Shown: positions 27,311-42,288, numbered from the stretch's first letter. The stretch: DNA of 64,000 nt from Eledone cirrhosa (GCA_964016885.1 OZ024743.1:25110001-25174000), one strand, 5' to 3'. A program made the numbers and translations. The notes: generated by a model not told the origin, from the letters alone.

Positions 27311-28110
27311 AATCACAAAATATCACACTGTTTACTTAATAACTATAATAATAATCACAAAATATCACACTGTTTACTTAATAACTATAATAATAATCAC
27401 AAAATATCACACTGTTTACTTAATAACTATAATAATAATCACAAAATATCACACTGTTTACTTAATAACTATAATAATAATCACAAAATATCACACTGTT
27501 TACTTAATAACTATAATAATAATCACAAAATATCACACTGTTTACTAAATAACTATAATAATAATCACAAAATATCACACTGTTTACTTAATAACTATAA
27601 CAATAATCACAAAATATCACACTGTTTACTTAATAACTATAATAATAAACACAAAAAATCACACTGTTTACTTAATAACTATAATAATAAACACAAAATA
27701 TAACACACTTCACGTAATAACTGTAATGATAAACACAAAATATCACACACTTCACGTAATAACTATAATGATAATCGCAAAATATCACACACTTCACGTA
27801 ATAACTGTAATAATAACCACAAAATATCACACACTTCACGTAATAACTGTAATAATAATCACAAAATATCACACACTTCACGTATTAACTGTAATAATAA
27901 CCACAAAATATCACACACTTCACGTAATAACTGTAATAATAATCACAAAATATCACACACTTCATGTAATAACTATATTAACAATCACAAAATATCACAC
28001 ACTTCATGTAATAACTGTAATAATAATCACAAAATATCACACACTTCATGTAATAACTATATTAACAATCACAAAATATCACACACTTCATGTAATAACT
28101 ATATTAACAA
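27311..28110. repeat. 42-bp minisatellite with two sequential variants
   Basis: aatcacaaaatatcacactgtttacttaataactataataat about 9 times, then ...cacacacttca(c/t)gtaataact(g/a)ta.. about 10 times. Confidence 0.95.
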
Positions 28111-28324
28111 TCATATTATTACTCGCTGTGCAGGTAATAACCATACAAATAACCTGCTGAAATACGATAAATTAGACGCTATTGTTTGTACGGTTGGAGT
28201 GTCCGTGATCAGAGACAATCTAGCCATGACCATTCTGTCTTTGAAAAGTCAGTAGAATGTAATTTGGCTGCTATTTCTAACAAGTACAGCTTCCATGTAG
28301 AAGATCCTCCTTTCTCTCTGTAGA

Positions 28325-28421
<97 letters not shown>

Positions 28422-28883
28422 GTGTGTGTGTGTGTGTGTGTTTGACAGTGTGTGCATGTGTGTGCATGTGTGTATGTATGCATGGCTGGAGTGACGTTGC
28501 ACTAAACCATTCCTATTATGACAATTTGGTTTTAAGTGTATTGCTAGTATGACATTATATATAGTGTTTATGACTACACCGTGTGGTTTGGCTGTTATTA
28601 AATAACAGGATCTGCGACCCTGTAGAAGTTCCATCATCATATGTATGTTTATATGTTTGTTTACCCCACATATAATATAATGAATATATTAAATATACAG
28701 ACAGAACATTACATAAAGATAGACACTTCTCCAAATAAGCGACATTTAGTAGCAGTAAGCATCCGTAAATGATATCAGTATAGGTATGTGAATAAACTCT
28801 ACTCCTGACTCGATCCCGGTTTCCATTTCAGTTCGTGTGTCATTAAAGGAAGCGACTACATAGATATGCTTTTATAAATATAA

Positions 28884-28985
<102 letters not shown>

Positions 28986-30507
28986 TAGATAGATAGAGAG
29001 AGAGAGAAAAACAGTTATATGGTAATTACATAGAGATGATATTTGGTGTTGTTTTTCCTCGGATAAGCCAAAATTCGACAGACCTATGGTCAAAACTTTT
29101 GCATTCTTCAAGATATTAACGCTTAATTTTGAAAAAGTATCTCCCTCTTTCTATGACAGTCGTTAACAATTGCTGCTAGTTTTATTTTGTCGTCTTTCTC
29201 AAACTAAGAGAGAATTTCACATATCTAAGAATTCTTTTTGTACCACATTTAGTACATCATATTTTAACGTATTTATACAAATTCGGTGGGTCATTTTAAT
29301 TTTAAAAATAATTATCTCGTATCTTTTAATGTATACTGTGTCGTCGACGTTTAATCTTTTTCAGACAATAAGGTGTGATTTAAATGAAAATTGTCTGCTA
29401 CCTTTAGCTGGTTGTCCATTGGGCTGCTAAAAGATACTTAATGACCAGACATACGTCCCATCTAAATATAGAGCCGTAGAACACTAAGATATATGAACAA
29501 TCGTTTTATAGAAGATGAACCTTAATAATATTATTTTAAATGCTTTCTAAGCACTAGCCCCTCCCTAGTTTTCGCTCGGATCGGTGAAGGGGCAGTTTTC
29601 ATGGTAATAAATAGATGAAAGATAAATCTGTCTCATTCCTAAACAAAACTCTTTTGAATCTGAGGTAAATTCTTAGAGATTGATCTAGTACGTTTTGATT
29701 TTCTAGTCCATATTGACAGTACTAGATAAACTGGGGCAAAGAAGAAGACGGTGAAAATAAAAGAGTGCACTTGGATATGTGCAGATGACTATTCAAGGTT
29801 AAAGAATTCTTCTCTTATCCTTGACAATATATAGCAATATAACAGCAGACAAATAAACAACAACTACAACAAGAAGAAAAAAAAAATGTAAAATGTATAA
29901 CGTATAATGAAGGAAGGAAGGAATCCAGTTTTCTTGTGATATCGTCTTAACTATGTGAAGTATGTACGGTCACCAAGAAAGGTCAATCAGAGATTGTAAG
30001 GAATGTGATGTTTGTAAGGAAAACCGAACTATATCGCAAACTTGCTTTGCCGGAAGCATGCGCTTTTATTACCACGTCAGGCGTGTGCATGTGTGTCATT
30101 GTTTGAACGACTGCTGCACTATACATGTGTACCAAATATGTGTGCCTGCGCACATACACATGCTCACACATATACAAACATTAACTCACACAAACACATA
30201 TACATACGCAAATGCAGTCACACACATTCACACACATCCTTCAGAAGATGTATCCGCATGTTTGTTACATGGCAATCATTAACAAGCCGATTTCCTCTCT
30301 TCCATCATATTATATTTTCTATGTATATATACATATATACATCTATGTATATATGTATGTATGTAAGTATGTATGCATGTATGTATGCATGCATGCATGT
30401 ATGTATGTATATATATATATGTATGTATTATGTATGTATGTATGTAAGCATTTTTACAGGTATATGATTATTTATAAGTATGTATACACGCACACAGACA
30501 CATATAT

Positions 30508-30610
<103 letters not shown>

Positions 30611-30858
30611 GGCATGCGAACAAGAGTGCGAGACATAAGAGTGTATTGGAAAGGCAATTTCATCTCAGTGTTTACACACACGTGAAAGAAAGAAATTCAG
30701 TTTTGAACCTCTGATTTACAACACGACTAGTTACCTCGGACTATTCCTGTTGTTATTATTGCAGACTGTATCAAGACCTTGATGTAGATAGTTCTTATCA
30801 AGAATTTAAAAGGCATTAATAGATATAAATACATATAGATAGAAAGATAGATAGATAA

Positions 30859-30917
<59 letters not shown>

Positions 30918-30926
30918 AATAGATAA

Positions 30927-31415
30927 ATTTCTTTATTAGCCACAAGGGCACAAAAGAAGGGGACAAATACAAATGGGGAGTTTACATACAGGTATATGAA
31001 AATAAAACTATTAATAAAATAACAAATAACAATTGAAATCCCCAATAGGGGGGAGGCGTTAAATAGGAGTTGTACACAACCCGAAAAAATGTACAACCCT
31101 CATCACCAGGAGCACCAAGAGTGAGTACTCCCCTCCACTCTTTCTCTTTTTCCTCAACCTACAGGCTTATATAGAGAGAAGGCCCAACCACTCGGGCCAT
31201 CTTTGCCACATTCACCCACCTTTTATAAAATTTGCTGGGGTACAGCACCTCTTTCTCCATCCTGATTCTTCTTCCAAAATGATATTTGAAAAAACGAATC
31301 AGTTGTTCGCTGAAGAGAAAGGTGTCCGACCTCAGCCCTTTTAACCCCGTCCACCATATAACCTCTTTCACCATAGCCATAACACATAGGAAAACCGCCT
31401 CTCCTCCGTTTTTGA
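30927..31415 (-). mobile_element. 5'-truncated Tx1/L1-like LINE in (CTAT)n
   Basis: Encodes EAVFLCVMAMVKEVIWWT...RWVNVAKMARVVGPSLYISL*, followed by a 3'UTR with AATAAA. Confidence 0.85.
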
Positions 31416-32029
31416 GATAAATAGATAGATAGATAAATAGGTAGATAGATAGATAGATAAATAGATAGATAGATAGATAGAGAGTACAAAAATGAAATAG
31501 AGGAAAGGGATAGAGAGACAGTAACACAGAGGCTAATGTAGAAAGGTCAGGTGACTAGAAGGAAAGACAGATTAAGAGGAATAGATAATACGTTGAATGA
31601 AAAAGAGATGAAGACATTGATCTCTAATATAGGTACGAGGGTAGACAATTTGGGGGAAGGGAAAATTGGATTAAGTTTCCGATCTCTCTCCTTTGTATAA
31701 GTTACTTCCGGTTTCTTTCTGATCATCATGATGTTTGACACAATACATATTTGTAATACCTAAAGATGCCCAGGGTTAATAGTTCCACAAAATATGACAG
31801 AAGAAGAAAACTAAATTTTCTGAATACATTTGTCTTTACAACCTTTCCACTGTGAAGGTGACTGGTCTAACTAATCCCTCAACCCCAAACTGTGAAGCTG
31901 CATTTTCTGGTGGTTAGGATGTGGGACTCACGATCACAGCCAGAGTCCTGCACCAGAGTGGGCAGTACATTGTGTTCTTAAAAATGACGCATTATTACAG
32001 GTTAATATAAAGGTTATTGCCCTTTATAT

Positions 32030-32115
32030 TCTGAGTTCAAATCCCGCCGAAGTTATCTTTGCCTTTCATCCTTACGGGGTCGATAAAATAAAGTACCAGT
32101 AATGCACTGGGATAA
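32030..32115 (+). mobile_element. Partial tRNA-SINE
   Basis: B box GAGTTCAAATCC and Nin-like core. Confidence 0.8.
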
Positions 32116-32616
32116 TAGTTGGCGTTTTGCCAAAAAACAATTATTACATGTCGTTTTTTTTTTTTTTGTAGGAATAGGGCCCCTATCATTAAAACACACG
32201 AGAAACCTCCTATGAGAGGCAACTTTATAGGATGCCAGTTAAACCTGCTTAGGTGTGAACTGTAAATTTCCTTCCATTCTTTAATACTCCAGGAGCTAAT
32301 AATACATGTCAATTTATTTAAACGTATTAGTGCTTGCATTCATATATGATGTATTCTCACTCCCTCTAAATATATTGCGGCATACCTCCCCATGTTCTCT
32401 AGATATTCTGTATGATATATAGTGTATCATATATTTTATACAAATCCGTGACCTAGCAAACCTATTATGGAAGACATCCCAGTTATGAACATCCAGTCTT
32501 TCTCTCTTTGTTTAAAGGTATCCTTCTCTTTTTAAAGAAGATATTGTTATTTGAAGGATATCTAAATGGGATATCTAGTAACGCGAATGTACACAGAGAC
32601 ATCTATGTACACACAG

Positions 32617-32652
<36 letters not shown>

Positions 32653-32923
32653 GTATATCTATGTATGTGGTATGTGTGTACGTATGCATATGTATGCATC
32701 TATCTATAAATATGCTTACATATATTTATACACACACACACACACACACATACATATATATATATGCATACATATGTTTATATGCATATATGTAATGCTC
32801 AGGCTATCAAAAGATGTGTAGCCCGATGCATTATATATTAATATTTTTATTATTAACCATATTCCAACTTTTTTTTTCTGGTCCCTTCATCACTCACTCC
32901 CCCTCTCTTCCTCGCTCTCTCTC

Positions 32924-32976
<53 letters not shown>

Positions 32977-32986
32977 TTTACTATGG

Positions 32987-33023
32987 CTGATGATCCGGTG
33001 AGTAAACAGGTGAAACTCCAGTA
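32987..33023 (+). ncRNA. Hammerhead motif next to (TA)n
   Basis: CTGATGA-T-CCGGT gagtaa ACAGG-T-GAAA-CTCCAG-TA. Helix I is weak. Confidence 0.6.
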
Positions 33024-33362
33024 TAACAAAACCATGTCAATTAGTCATATTGAAGAATATAATTAAATGATCGTCGGATAGAAATCTTTGTGGTATTCGT
33101 TCGGTCTCTTTGTTCTCTAAGTTTAATTTCGCCGAAGTGATCTTTGCATTTCATCCTTTCGAGGTTGATAAAAGCACTGGGGTGGTTTTTTTCCTTTATA
33201 TCACTCCCTCTCTCTCACTTTCTATCCTTACCTGGGAGAAATCTGCTGGGTTCGGGTCTGGAGAGGGAAGGGTCTCAACCAGGTTTTTAAAAAAATGCCC
33301 AAGATATACCGTATGCACTACGGTGCCCATAAAATTCCAATAGGATTTACTGAATCATACTG

Positions 33363-33393
<31 letters not shown>

Positions 33394-33498
33394 TAAAATA
33401 TTTTTATAAATATTTACTCTATGGTTCTTATATATTTGATATACATATTTATCCTTATCGAGCCCTTTCAGGATTTTAGTCTTCAAATTTATTATTAT

Positions 33499-33542
<44 letters not shown>

Positions 33543-33689
33543 ACTAGAAATTGATTGACATATATATATATATTTAAAATAAACACATGAAACAATCACA
33601 GGGGATAATTTGTAAAGTATGTAAATATATATATACATATATATGCAAAAGTTTTATTTAAAATTGTTGGGTTACAACGAGTAAATATT

Positions 33690-33922
33690 TTATAACTGAT
33701 ATAAAGCACTCAACAAGTTTTGGAGTAGATATACGATATTAAACAAATGGAAACTATATTTATAAAACCAACTTTTTTAAATGCAAGTTGATCAATATTT
33801 TATGGTACGTCAAATTTATTTATAAAACTGCTTATATATTGTATTTTAATATGGTATCCCTGAAATATGTATAATGAAATAAATATGGTTTTATAAATAT
33901 AGTTTCCATTTGTTTAATATCG

Positions 33923-33927
<5 letters not shown>
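33690..33927. mobile_element. Fold-back copy of the 11590 family with a truncated HHR (GAAATATGTATA at about 33862)
   Basis: cgatattaaacaaatggaaactatatttataaaacca is inverted at 33886-33922. Confidence 0.75.
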
Positions 33928-33991
<64 letters not shown>

Positions 33992-34368
33992 TAAAACATG
34001 TCTATAGAATCACAAGAAAAATATATACTATTTCCTCTCCCAATTAGCATAATTAACTATATAAAAAATCGAATAGACCAGGCTATAAGAATGAGGCTTC
34101 TATGAAGAAATCTCCGACAAATAACCGAAACTAGCGCTTCGCGTCGGCCGTAGCGGAATATTTATCGAATATTTCGACAGCGTAATCGCCTAGATACAGT
34201 CAACTAAACAGAATTAGGTGTAAAATAAACTAGGAGAAAATAGAATACATATATATATATATGTGTGTATATTGGAAAATGTGTGAAATCCTTGTAGTTC
34301 TAAACAATTTGATTTAATTTTATAATATAATATTATGAGTTGGTAGAAATATTATAATATAAAATTAT

Positions 34369-34560
34369 AGGGCGGTGGATTGGCAGTATTGGTAGAGGGT
34401 CGGACGCCATGCTTTGCAGCAAAGAGTTACGTCCCTTGATGATTTGAGTTCAAATCCCGCCGAGGTTAACTTTGCCATTCATCCTTACGGGGTCGATAAA
34501 ATAAAGCACCAGTAATACACTGGGATAATTTCTGGCCTTGTGCCAAATGTAGAAACAATT
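34369..34560 (+). mobile_element. Full-length tRNA-derived SINE (Nin/Deu-type core)
   Basis: A box TGGCAGTATTGG, B box GAGTTCAAATCC, core GCCATTCATCC..GGGGTCGATAAAATAAAG.ACCAG, tail GGCCTTGTGCCAAA.GTAGAAACAATT. Confidence 0.9.
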
Positions 34561-35043
34561 ATAATATAAAATTAAATCAAATTGTTTAGAACTACAAGTG
34601 AAGTCATTCTTTTCCTTCTTTCAAATATATATATATATATGAGTGTGTGTGTGTGTGTGTACTTTTCCCTGTGTGTTGTAGATTCGTGCACACATATGAT
34701 GAATGAACAAAGATTACTTTAATATAAACTCGAAAAAAAAATTATATACGTGTAAATAACAATTTATAATCGAACAATTAATTACTAAATCCACAACTTT
34801 ACTAATAGATATCGAAACCCATCTTTGGTCCACATTAGGCAGATGTTCTCTGGTGTACAATTTACGACTGGGAATGTATTGCTAGAAGCTGCATCATGCC
34901 AACCATTATCCCATCTGGTATGACAAGTGTGACGACGTTTATATCTTATGTATATATTTAATCGTGTACCACTGTAATTAGCTCCAGTGCACATTAGTCT
35001 TCAATGATACTAGTAGTTACAAACACACGTCTCTCCCTCCCTC

Positions 35044-35112
<69 letters not shown>

Positions 35113-35162
35113 ATATATAATATATATAAATTATATATAAATATATATATATACACACACAC

Positions 35163-35197
<35 letters not shown>

Positions 35198-35327
35198 CAT
35201 GTGTGTATATATAATATATATAAATTATATATAAATATATATATATACACACACACACATATATATATGTATATATATGTGTGTGTATATATAATATATA
35301 TAAATTATATATATATATATACACACA

Positions 35328-35361
<34 letters not shown>

Positions 35362-35402
35362 CATATTATATATACACACACACATATATATATATATATA
35401 AG

Positions 35403-35432
<30 letters not shown>

Positions 35433-35433
<1 letters not shown>

Positions 35434-35643
35434 AGAACGAGTAGGACTCCGAATGCTGAGCTCAAGCCGTTTCGACGGCTAATTCTGGACTAAAAGTCCA
35501 GAATTTAGTCCAGAATAGGCCGTCGAAACGGCTTGAGCTCAGCCTTCGGGGTCCTACTCGTTCCTATTACCCACTCTACTACCCTAAGTATTGAGTACTT
35601 TGGTGCGTTATGGTCCACCTGGTTCCTTACCACATTTCCTCCG

Positions 35644-35645
<2 letters not shown>
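35433..35645 (+). mobile_element. GC-rich fold-back element family in (TA)n, copy 1
   Basis: Inverted repeat 35435-35563. Other copies at 46353-46555, 48725-48918, 50970-51030 and 51428-51492. Confidence 0.9.
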
Positions 35646-35687
<42 letters not shown>

Positions 35688-35771
35688 CCTTAGAAACATT
35701 AGAGATTAATACATGTTCAAAGGATATATTCGTATGTGTGTGTGTGTGTGTGCGTGACTACACACACATGA

Positions 35772-35805
<34 letters not shown>

Positions 35806-35806
35806 T

Positions 35807-35845
<39 letters not shown>

Positions 35846-36143
35846 TTAGGAATTTGGACAGTTAGAAGTGGTTGCATTAAGATATATGGAGAGATAGATG
35901 TGGAATAAATACAAGTGGAAATAGAAATAAAGACAAAACAAACACAGAAGAAGTAGACAAAGAAATTAAACCAGACTCTAGGAGTTAGAAACGTAGATGC
36001 ACAGAATCGGAATTGATGAGGTGTAACAAATTTAGGACACAGTATGTGAGCAATTGAAGTGGTGATATCGAGTGCGTACTGTAGACAAGTTGATAGCAGG
36101 CAGACGTGAAGACATACAATATGGCTTAATGAATGAGCAGGAG

Positions 36144-36230
<87 letters not shown>

Positions 36231-36253
36231 ACGCGCGCGCACACACACACACA

Positions 36254-36292
<39 letters not shown>

Positions 36293-36395
36293 CCCCCCCA
36301 CACACACACGCACGCACACACACGCCCCCCCCCCACACACATATATATATATAAAGATAGAGAGGTAGATAGATAGATAGATATATAGATAGATA

Positions 36396-36687
36396 TCTTT
36401 CTTTATTTGCCACAGGGGCGCACAAAAATGCGACATTACAAGACGTGACGGCGGGGGTTTACATAAAAATCATATAACTTTAACATTAATAAATAACAAT
36501 AAACTATATATAATAAAATAACAATTGAAATCCCCAATAGGGGGAACGTTACTGCAGGGTTGTTTTACACCCCGTGGATAGAACAACCCTCAACACCAGG
36601 AACACGTTTTGAGGGTGTTCCTGTCTTCCCTCTGTTTATCTTCCTCAACCTGCATGTTTATATACAGAGAAGGCCCATTCACTCGGG
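36396..36687 (-). mobile_element. Very short 3' end of the Tx1/L1-like LINE in (CTAT)n
   Basis: Encodes RVNGPSLYI, followed by a 3'UTR with CCCCTATTGGGGATTTC and AATAAAG. Confidence 0.8.
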
Positions 36688-36740
<53 letters not shown>

Positions 36741-37439
36741 TGTTGGTAGGTAGATAGGTAAATTTTAGTGTATGTGTAAATCAGAAGAGAAAGGGCAGCG
36801 CGCTTCGCTATTTGCAGATCTTCCGGGACTGGCACGAGAAATTGAATGGACATCCAGAATCCAGTGCTTCTCTTCAGTTTTTTTCACTGGTCGGAATCAC
36901 AGCAACAGTCTGTCTCTCTTTCCCACTTCACATTTTTCTTATTCTCTAAATCCCACCCCTTTCTCTCTTTCTCTGGAAGAAATCAACTGTGTTCAGAACT
37001 TGAATGATTTAAATACACAACACACGCCGTATATCATGTGAGCGACCCAATGTCTCCATCATATGTTCAGTATCAAAGGAATTGACAGAGAATAAAAACA
37101 AGACAACTTTCAAAAATAAAATAAAAACTAAAAACATGAAAGTTAAACAGTTAGTTCTACTTGCGTTTATTTAATATTAGAAAACCAACCAGACTATGTA
37201 CTTAGGCAAAGCTATCATTTTCAATAAAGAAAAATACGAAATAAAAAATCTTTAAAAAAACTTAAAATAGCAATATTGATAATTTTAGAAAATGTTACAT
37301 CAGATTTCAAAAAATAAAATAGAACAGAATCGTTTTATAATAAATAGAAATATTTTAAATAAATAAATGTATATTTCAAAAAACATTAAAAATGTTATGC
37401 TATTTCAGAATCAACAAGAAAATAAAAATAAAACAACAT

Positions 37440-38125
37440 AAGGCGATGAGCTAGAAGGGTTGTTAGAACGTCGGATAGAATACCATACGGTATTAGTTCC
37501 GGTTTTGCTTGTTGCAAGTTCAAATCTCACTGAGATCACCTTCTGGTTTCATCTTTCGTGCATCGATACAATATAGTACTAGTCAAGTACTGGGTCGATT
37601 CAATGGGCCGTTGTCTGCCCCAACATTTCTATGTTAGAAATTATTATAATCCGTTATGAAGGTTGCTCGATTAGCACAATGGATTAGTAAACTGCTTCTG
37701 TTATTCATTATGGTTCTTTATAAGAAACCGTTATATTATATAAGAAACCGTTATTCATTATGGTTCTTTACATTCTGATTTCAAACCTCACCGAGGTCAG
37801 CTTCATCTTTTATCTTCCTGATCTTCCTGATATCGATAAATAAAGTACCAGTCAAATACTGGCTCAATTTAATCGATGCATTTTATCTAAGCCTCTGCCG
37901 ATTCTGCCAATCCCTCGTCCTAATAATTGTTTTATTAAGGCATCATGCCAATAATTTTGCACTGGGATTGAAGAATAGGTCCAGTATTTGATTGCTACTA
38001 CATTTTCTCAATTGTGGGAGGATGAAAAGTAAAGTTGACATCGGTGGGATTGAACCGCGCATATAAACAGCCAGAACAAACACTGCAAATCATTTTGTCC
38101 GACACTCTACCGATTCAGGCAATCA
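37440..38125. mobile_element. Cluster of old diverged tRNA-SINEs in both orientations
   Basis: Degenerate A/B boxes and cores at about 37440-37600(+), 37770-37880(+) and 37960-38120(-). Confidence 0.65.
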
Positions 38126-39084
38126 ATTATTCTCATCCTCTTATTAAAACTCATATATAATCCAAACAACACAACAAATGAGAGAAGGACGGCATTGTCA
38201 TGGTTGGAACCACTTAGTTCAAACGTTTTGCTTGGTTAAAGTTGACCTGGAATCAAAGAAGAACGCCTACATGGTCAGTCAACGTACTGATCCCCTTCTC
38301 AGCAAAATCTTGCTAAAATCAGTCTTACAAAAGGTAAGTGATGTAATCCTAGATTCTGAATGTATGTATGGACCTATAACGCTTAGTGGAGTTATAAGAG
38401 TCCCGTAATGACATACAGCATTTCTTGGGCATTTTATAAAAACCTGGCAGAGCCCATTCACTGTCTTAAATAAAGTGTAATAGCTTGTGGATTCTTATTG
38501 CTTAATAGCCTGTAATCATGGGTTACCTGTATGAACTATGGCTAAACAAGAATAACAATGGGTGAGGGCTGGAGAAGAAATATCGGAAGTGACAGAACAA
38601 TTGAGAGAGAAATAATGACGGCGTACAGAAATTAATAATATAATTATATTAACTGTCAGAAAAAAATCTCAAACATATTTCTAGTCTACATATCAATAAA
38701 ATAAGGAATAAAAAAAAAAAAAGGATCTATATTTGACATATGTATGTAGGTATGGTCCCGTAACTCCTGATAGAGTCACAGGGGCGCCGTATTGACATAC
38801 GGCGTTTCGTAAGCATTTTTAAAGCCTGGCGGAGCCCATCCCTCCCCAGACCGATATTTGAAGTACATTTATTAAAAATAGAGTTAGTACTTCTGGTAGT
38901 TAAGCATCAACAAAAACATATACATAAAAACATAAAGTTTCGTAGTGACAACTTTAAGGTCGGCAAATAAGATGAATGTAATAAAGATACAACGAAAACG
39001 TCTATTTATTTGTCTATCTGATTATTTAGATAGATAGATATTTGTCTATATGCATATACCCTCTCTCTCTTTATCAATCAATCA

Positions 39085-39155
<71 letters not shown>

Positions 39156-39617
39156 ATTCTGTATGTCTGTCTCTCTCTGTATCCTTCATTGGTAGATCAT
39201 CTAAACCATGGGTGCTTCAGTGCAATGGACTCTGTTGTGCAAGAGTCTGGCCAAAGTGTTCGGAATGATATCAACTTTACTAATTATCACATGTCTCCCA
39301 GGCTCTTGAGATACTGAATGGTGTCATAAAAATGACTATTATCTCCGCGCACACAAATAATGTTTCTATCAAGATTCAAATATTTACACCAAATACAGAG
39401 TTAGTAACACATGATCTCAGATCAAATGGTTTGACAAAACAAGTGCAATTCAAATATACAATATTTCTTACTTCATTTCATAATACTTTCCTATAAATAT
39501 AACCATATATATTTACACACACACACACGCACACACACATACACACCCATACACACACATACACACATACATACACATACACACACATACATATATACGT
39601 ATATATATATATATAAA

Positions 39618-39716
39618 CAGGGTGTCCCAAAAATGTATAAACACTTTGATTACCTGTACAGGCAATATATATTAGAATGCAGTTGAAGTGTGTATACATT
39701 ATTTTAGGACACCATG
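39618..39716. mobile_element. Tc1/mariner-type MITE of about 100 bp
   Basis: TIRs cagggtgtcccaaaaatgtataaacactt and aagtgtgtatacattattttaggacaccatg. Confidence 0.75.
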
Positions 39717-39782
39717 TTGGTTTTAAATTAACACATAATCTGGTTAATAATAATAATAATAATAATAATAATGGTTTCAATA

Positions 39783-39827
<45 letters not shown>

Positions 39828-39830
<3 letters not shown>

Positions 39831-40218
39831 TGTTATATTTGGGGAGGGTCATATTTGCGTAATATTGCCAGAATTAATAACAGAACACACTCACTGTTTG
39901 GTTGGTTTTCGCTTCTCGCTGTCTTTTATATATATATATCTGCGATCTAACTTACTCGGTCCTCAATGTTGCCATTGACTGACCGGCGGTCAAAAATAAT
40001 ACAGATACAATATAGACAAACACATATATATATAGTTTACATAAATCTTTCGTTGCACATCTGCAACATCGTCAGAAGCGAAAACCAACCAAACAGTGAG
40101 TGTGTTCTGTTATTAATTCTGGCAATATTACGCAAATATGACCCTCCCCAAATATAACAATATCTGTTTCGACACACGATTTCATATAAAAAACCTCGCA
40201 AAACTAATTCATCGCCGC
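39828..40218. mobile_element. Fold-back PLE-like element, relative of the 17446 family, with an HHR core at 40042-40075(-)
   Basis: Arms of about 88 bp. Minus strand reads CTGACGA-T-GTTGCA gatg TGCAAC-GAAA-GATT-TA. Confidence 0.85.
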
Positions 40219-40491
40219 TATATATTTATATATATATATATATATTATATATATATATTATATATATTATATATGTATTATATATACAAATATGTTTGTG
40301 TGCATGTGTGTGTGTTTAAGGAAAGTGAAAGAGAGAGAGAGAGAGAAATATGAAATGAATGTATATAATGGTACAACACGTTAGAGACACGCGTCTTTAC
40401 TCCGGAAGTGCTATTATGTTATTAGATAGAATGCAAGCTATCTAGGTCACATTTTATTCTCGATAAACATACAAACAACCCTTTTATCGTT

Positions 40492-40615
<124 letters not shown>

Positions 40616-40664
40616 TTATAATATATATATATTTATATACATATATATATATATAATATATATA

Positions 40665-40716
<52 letters not shown>

Positions 40717-40732
40717 TTATAATATATATATT

Positions 40733-40766
<34 letters not shown>

Positions 40767-41198
40767 CATGAATATGGTTAATAGATATATATATATGTAT
40801 GTGCGCATGCGTATGTATGAATATATATATAATCCTAAATAAACCTCTTTCTGTTTAAAAAATAATAAATTAAATGGATTAGAAATTATTTTTGTTTGAA
40901 TCGTAACACTATTTTTTACTGACTCAAAATATTATCCAAAAATATTCCCCCTTTTAAATGATTTCTCCCTCATTCCACTCCTACTTCTCCTACTCTCCCT
41001 TTGTCGTCTGCACCTTTTTTATGCATATACACACAAATATGTACACACACACTAAAACATGCACGCACACACACACACACATACACACACACACACACAC
41101 ACAGACAGACAGATGAAATGTATAAGAGTAAAATTCGTAGGTATATTTTTTGCAATTTCTTGTATAGATATCTATCTACCTCCCTACCTACCTACCTA

Positions 41199-41274
<76 letters not shown>

Positions 41275-41385
41275 ACTTCTTGTATAGATACCTATCTACC
41301 TCCCTACCTACCTATATATATATATATATATATATTTTTATATATATACATACATACATACATACATACATACATACATACATAC

Positions 41386-41460
<75 letters not shown>

Positions 41461-42122
41461 ATATTCATACATACATTTATACATACATTCAAACATACAT
41501 ACATACATACATACATACATACATACATACATACATACATACATACATACATACATGCATGCATGCATACATACATGCATACTGAAGCCGACCATTCCAT
41601 AAACCTCTCACCGCCCTAACATGACATCCCCCCTGAATACCACACACGAACACATACAAAAACTACATGTTCATGTTATGTTGTTTATACATGCACAAGG
41701 AAGCATTAATAAAGCAATTAAACATTCACACCTCAGTGTTTCAATTGTAAAAATCAATTTAAATCATGTGCACAAATCGTGCTGCTGGTCGAAGAACTGA
41801 ATACAAGTGCGTTCGTTAATTATATGCATATAATTTTAAAATGAGAATTCAATGTCAAAACAAACAAAAAATAACGTTAATATCAACATCAACAACAAGA
41901 TTAAAGGTAATATCAGCAACAAAAACAATAATAACTTTAATATCAACAACAACAACATTACCAATGAAAACAAAATATATAAACATACAACATTCAGATA
42001 CGTTTGGATGACAGTTTCGGTGTTTTAAAGCTACAGAAAACGCCGTCCGCCTTTTTATATGAACGTAAAGAATAAGATTATAAATTCATAAACATAAATC
42101 TATATGTATAAATATATATATA

Positions 42123-42288
<166 letters not shown>

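Noticed and set aside
27245-28160. ORFs with 14-aa repeats (NHKISHCLLNNYNN, TKYHTLHVIT), or a CRISPR-like array
   Set aside because: This is a 42-bp tandem repeat with no unique spacers and no synonymous-biased variation.
34369-34460. tRNA gene
   Set aside because: The A/B boxes belong to the SINE head. No cloverleaf forms and the SINE core follows directly.
42006-42050. Partial HHR-like 3' halves (here GAAA-CTG-TC on the minus strand; also about 17250-17275, 35972-36000, 45945-45970 and 50020-50050)
   Set aside because: Each lacks the CUGANGA core or helix II, so they cannot be told from chance without family alignments.
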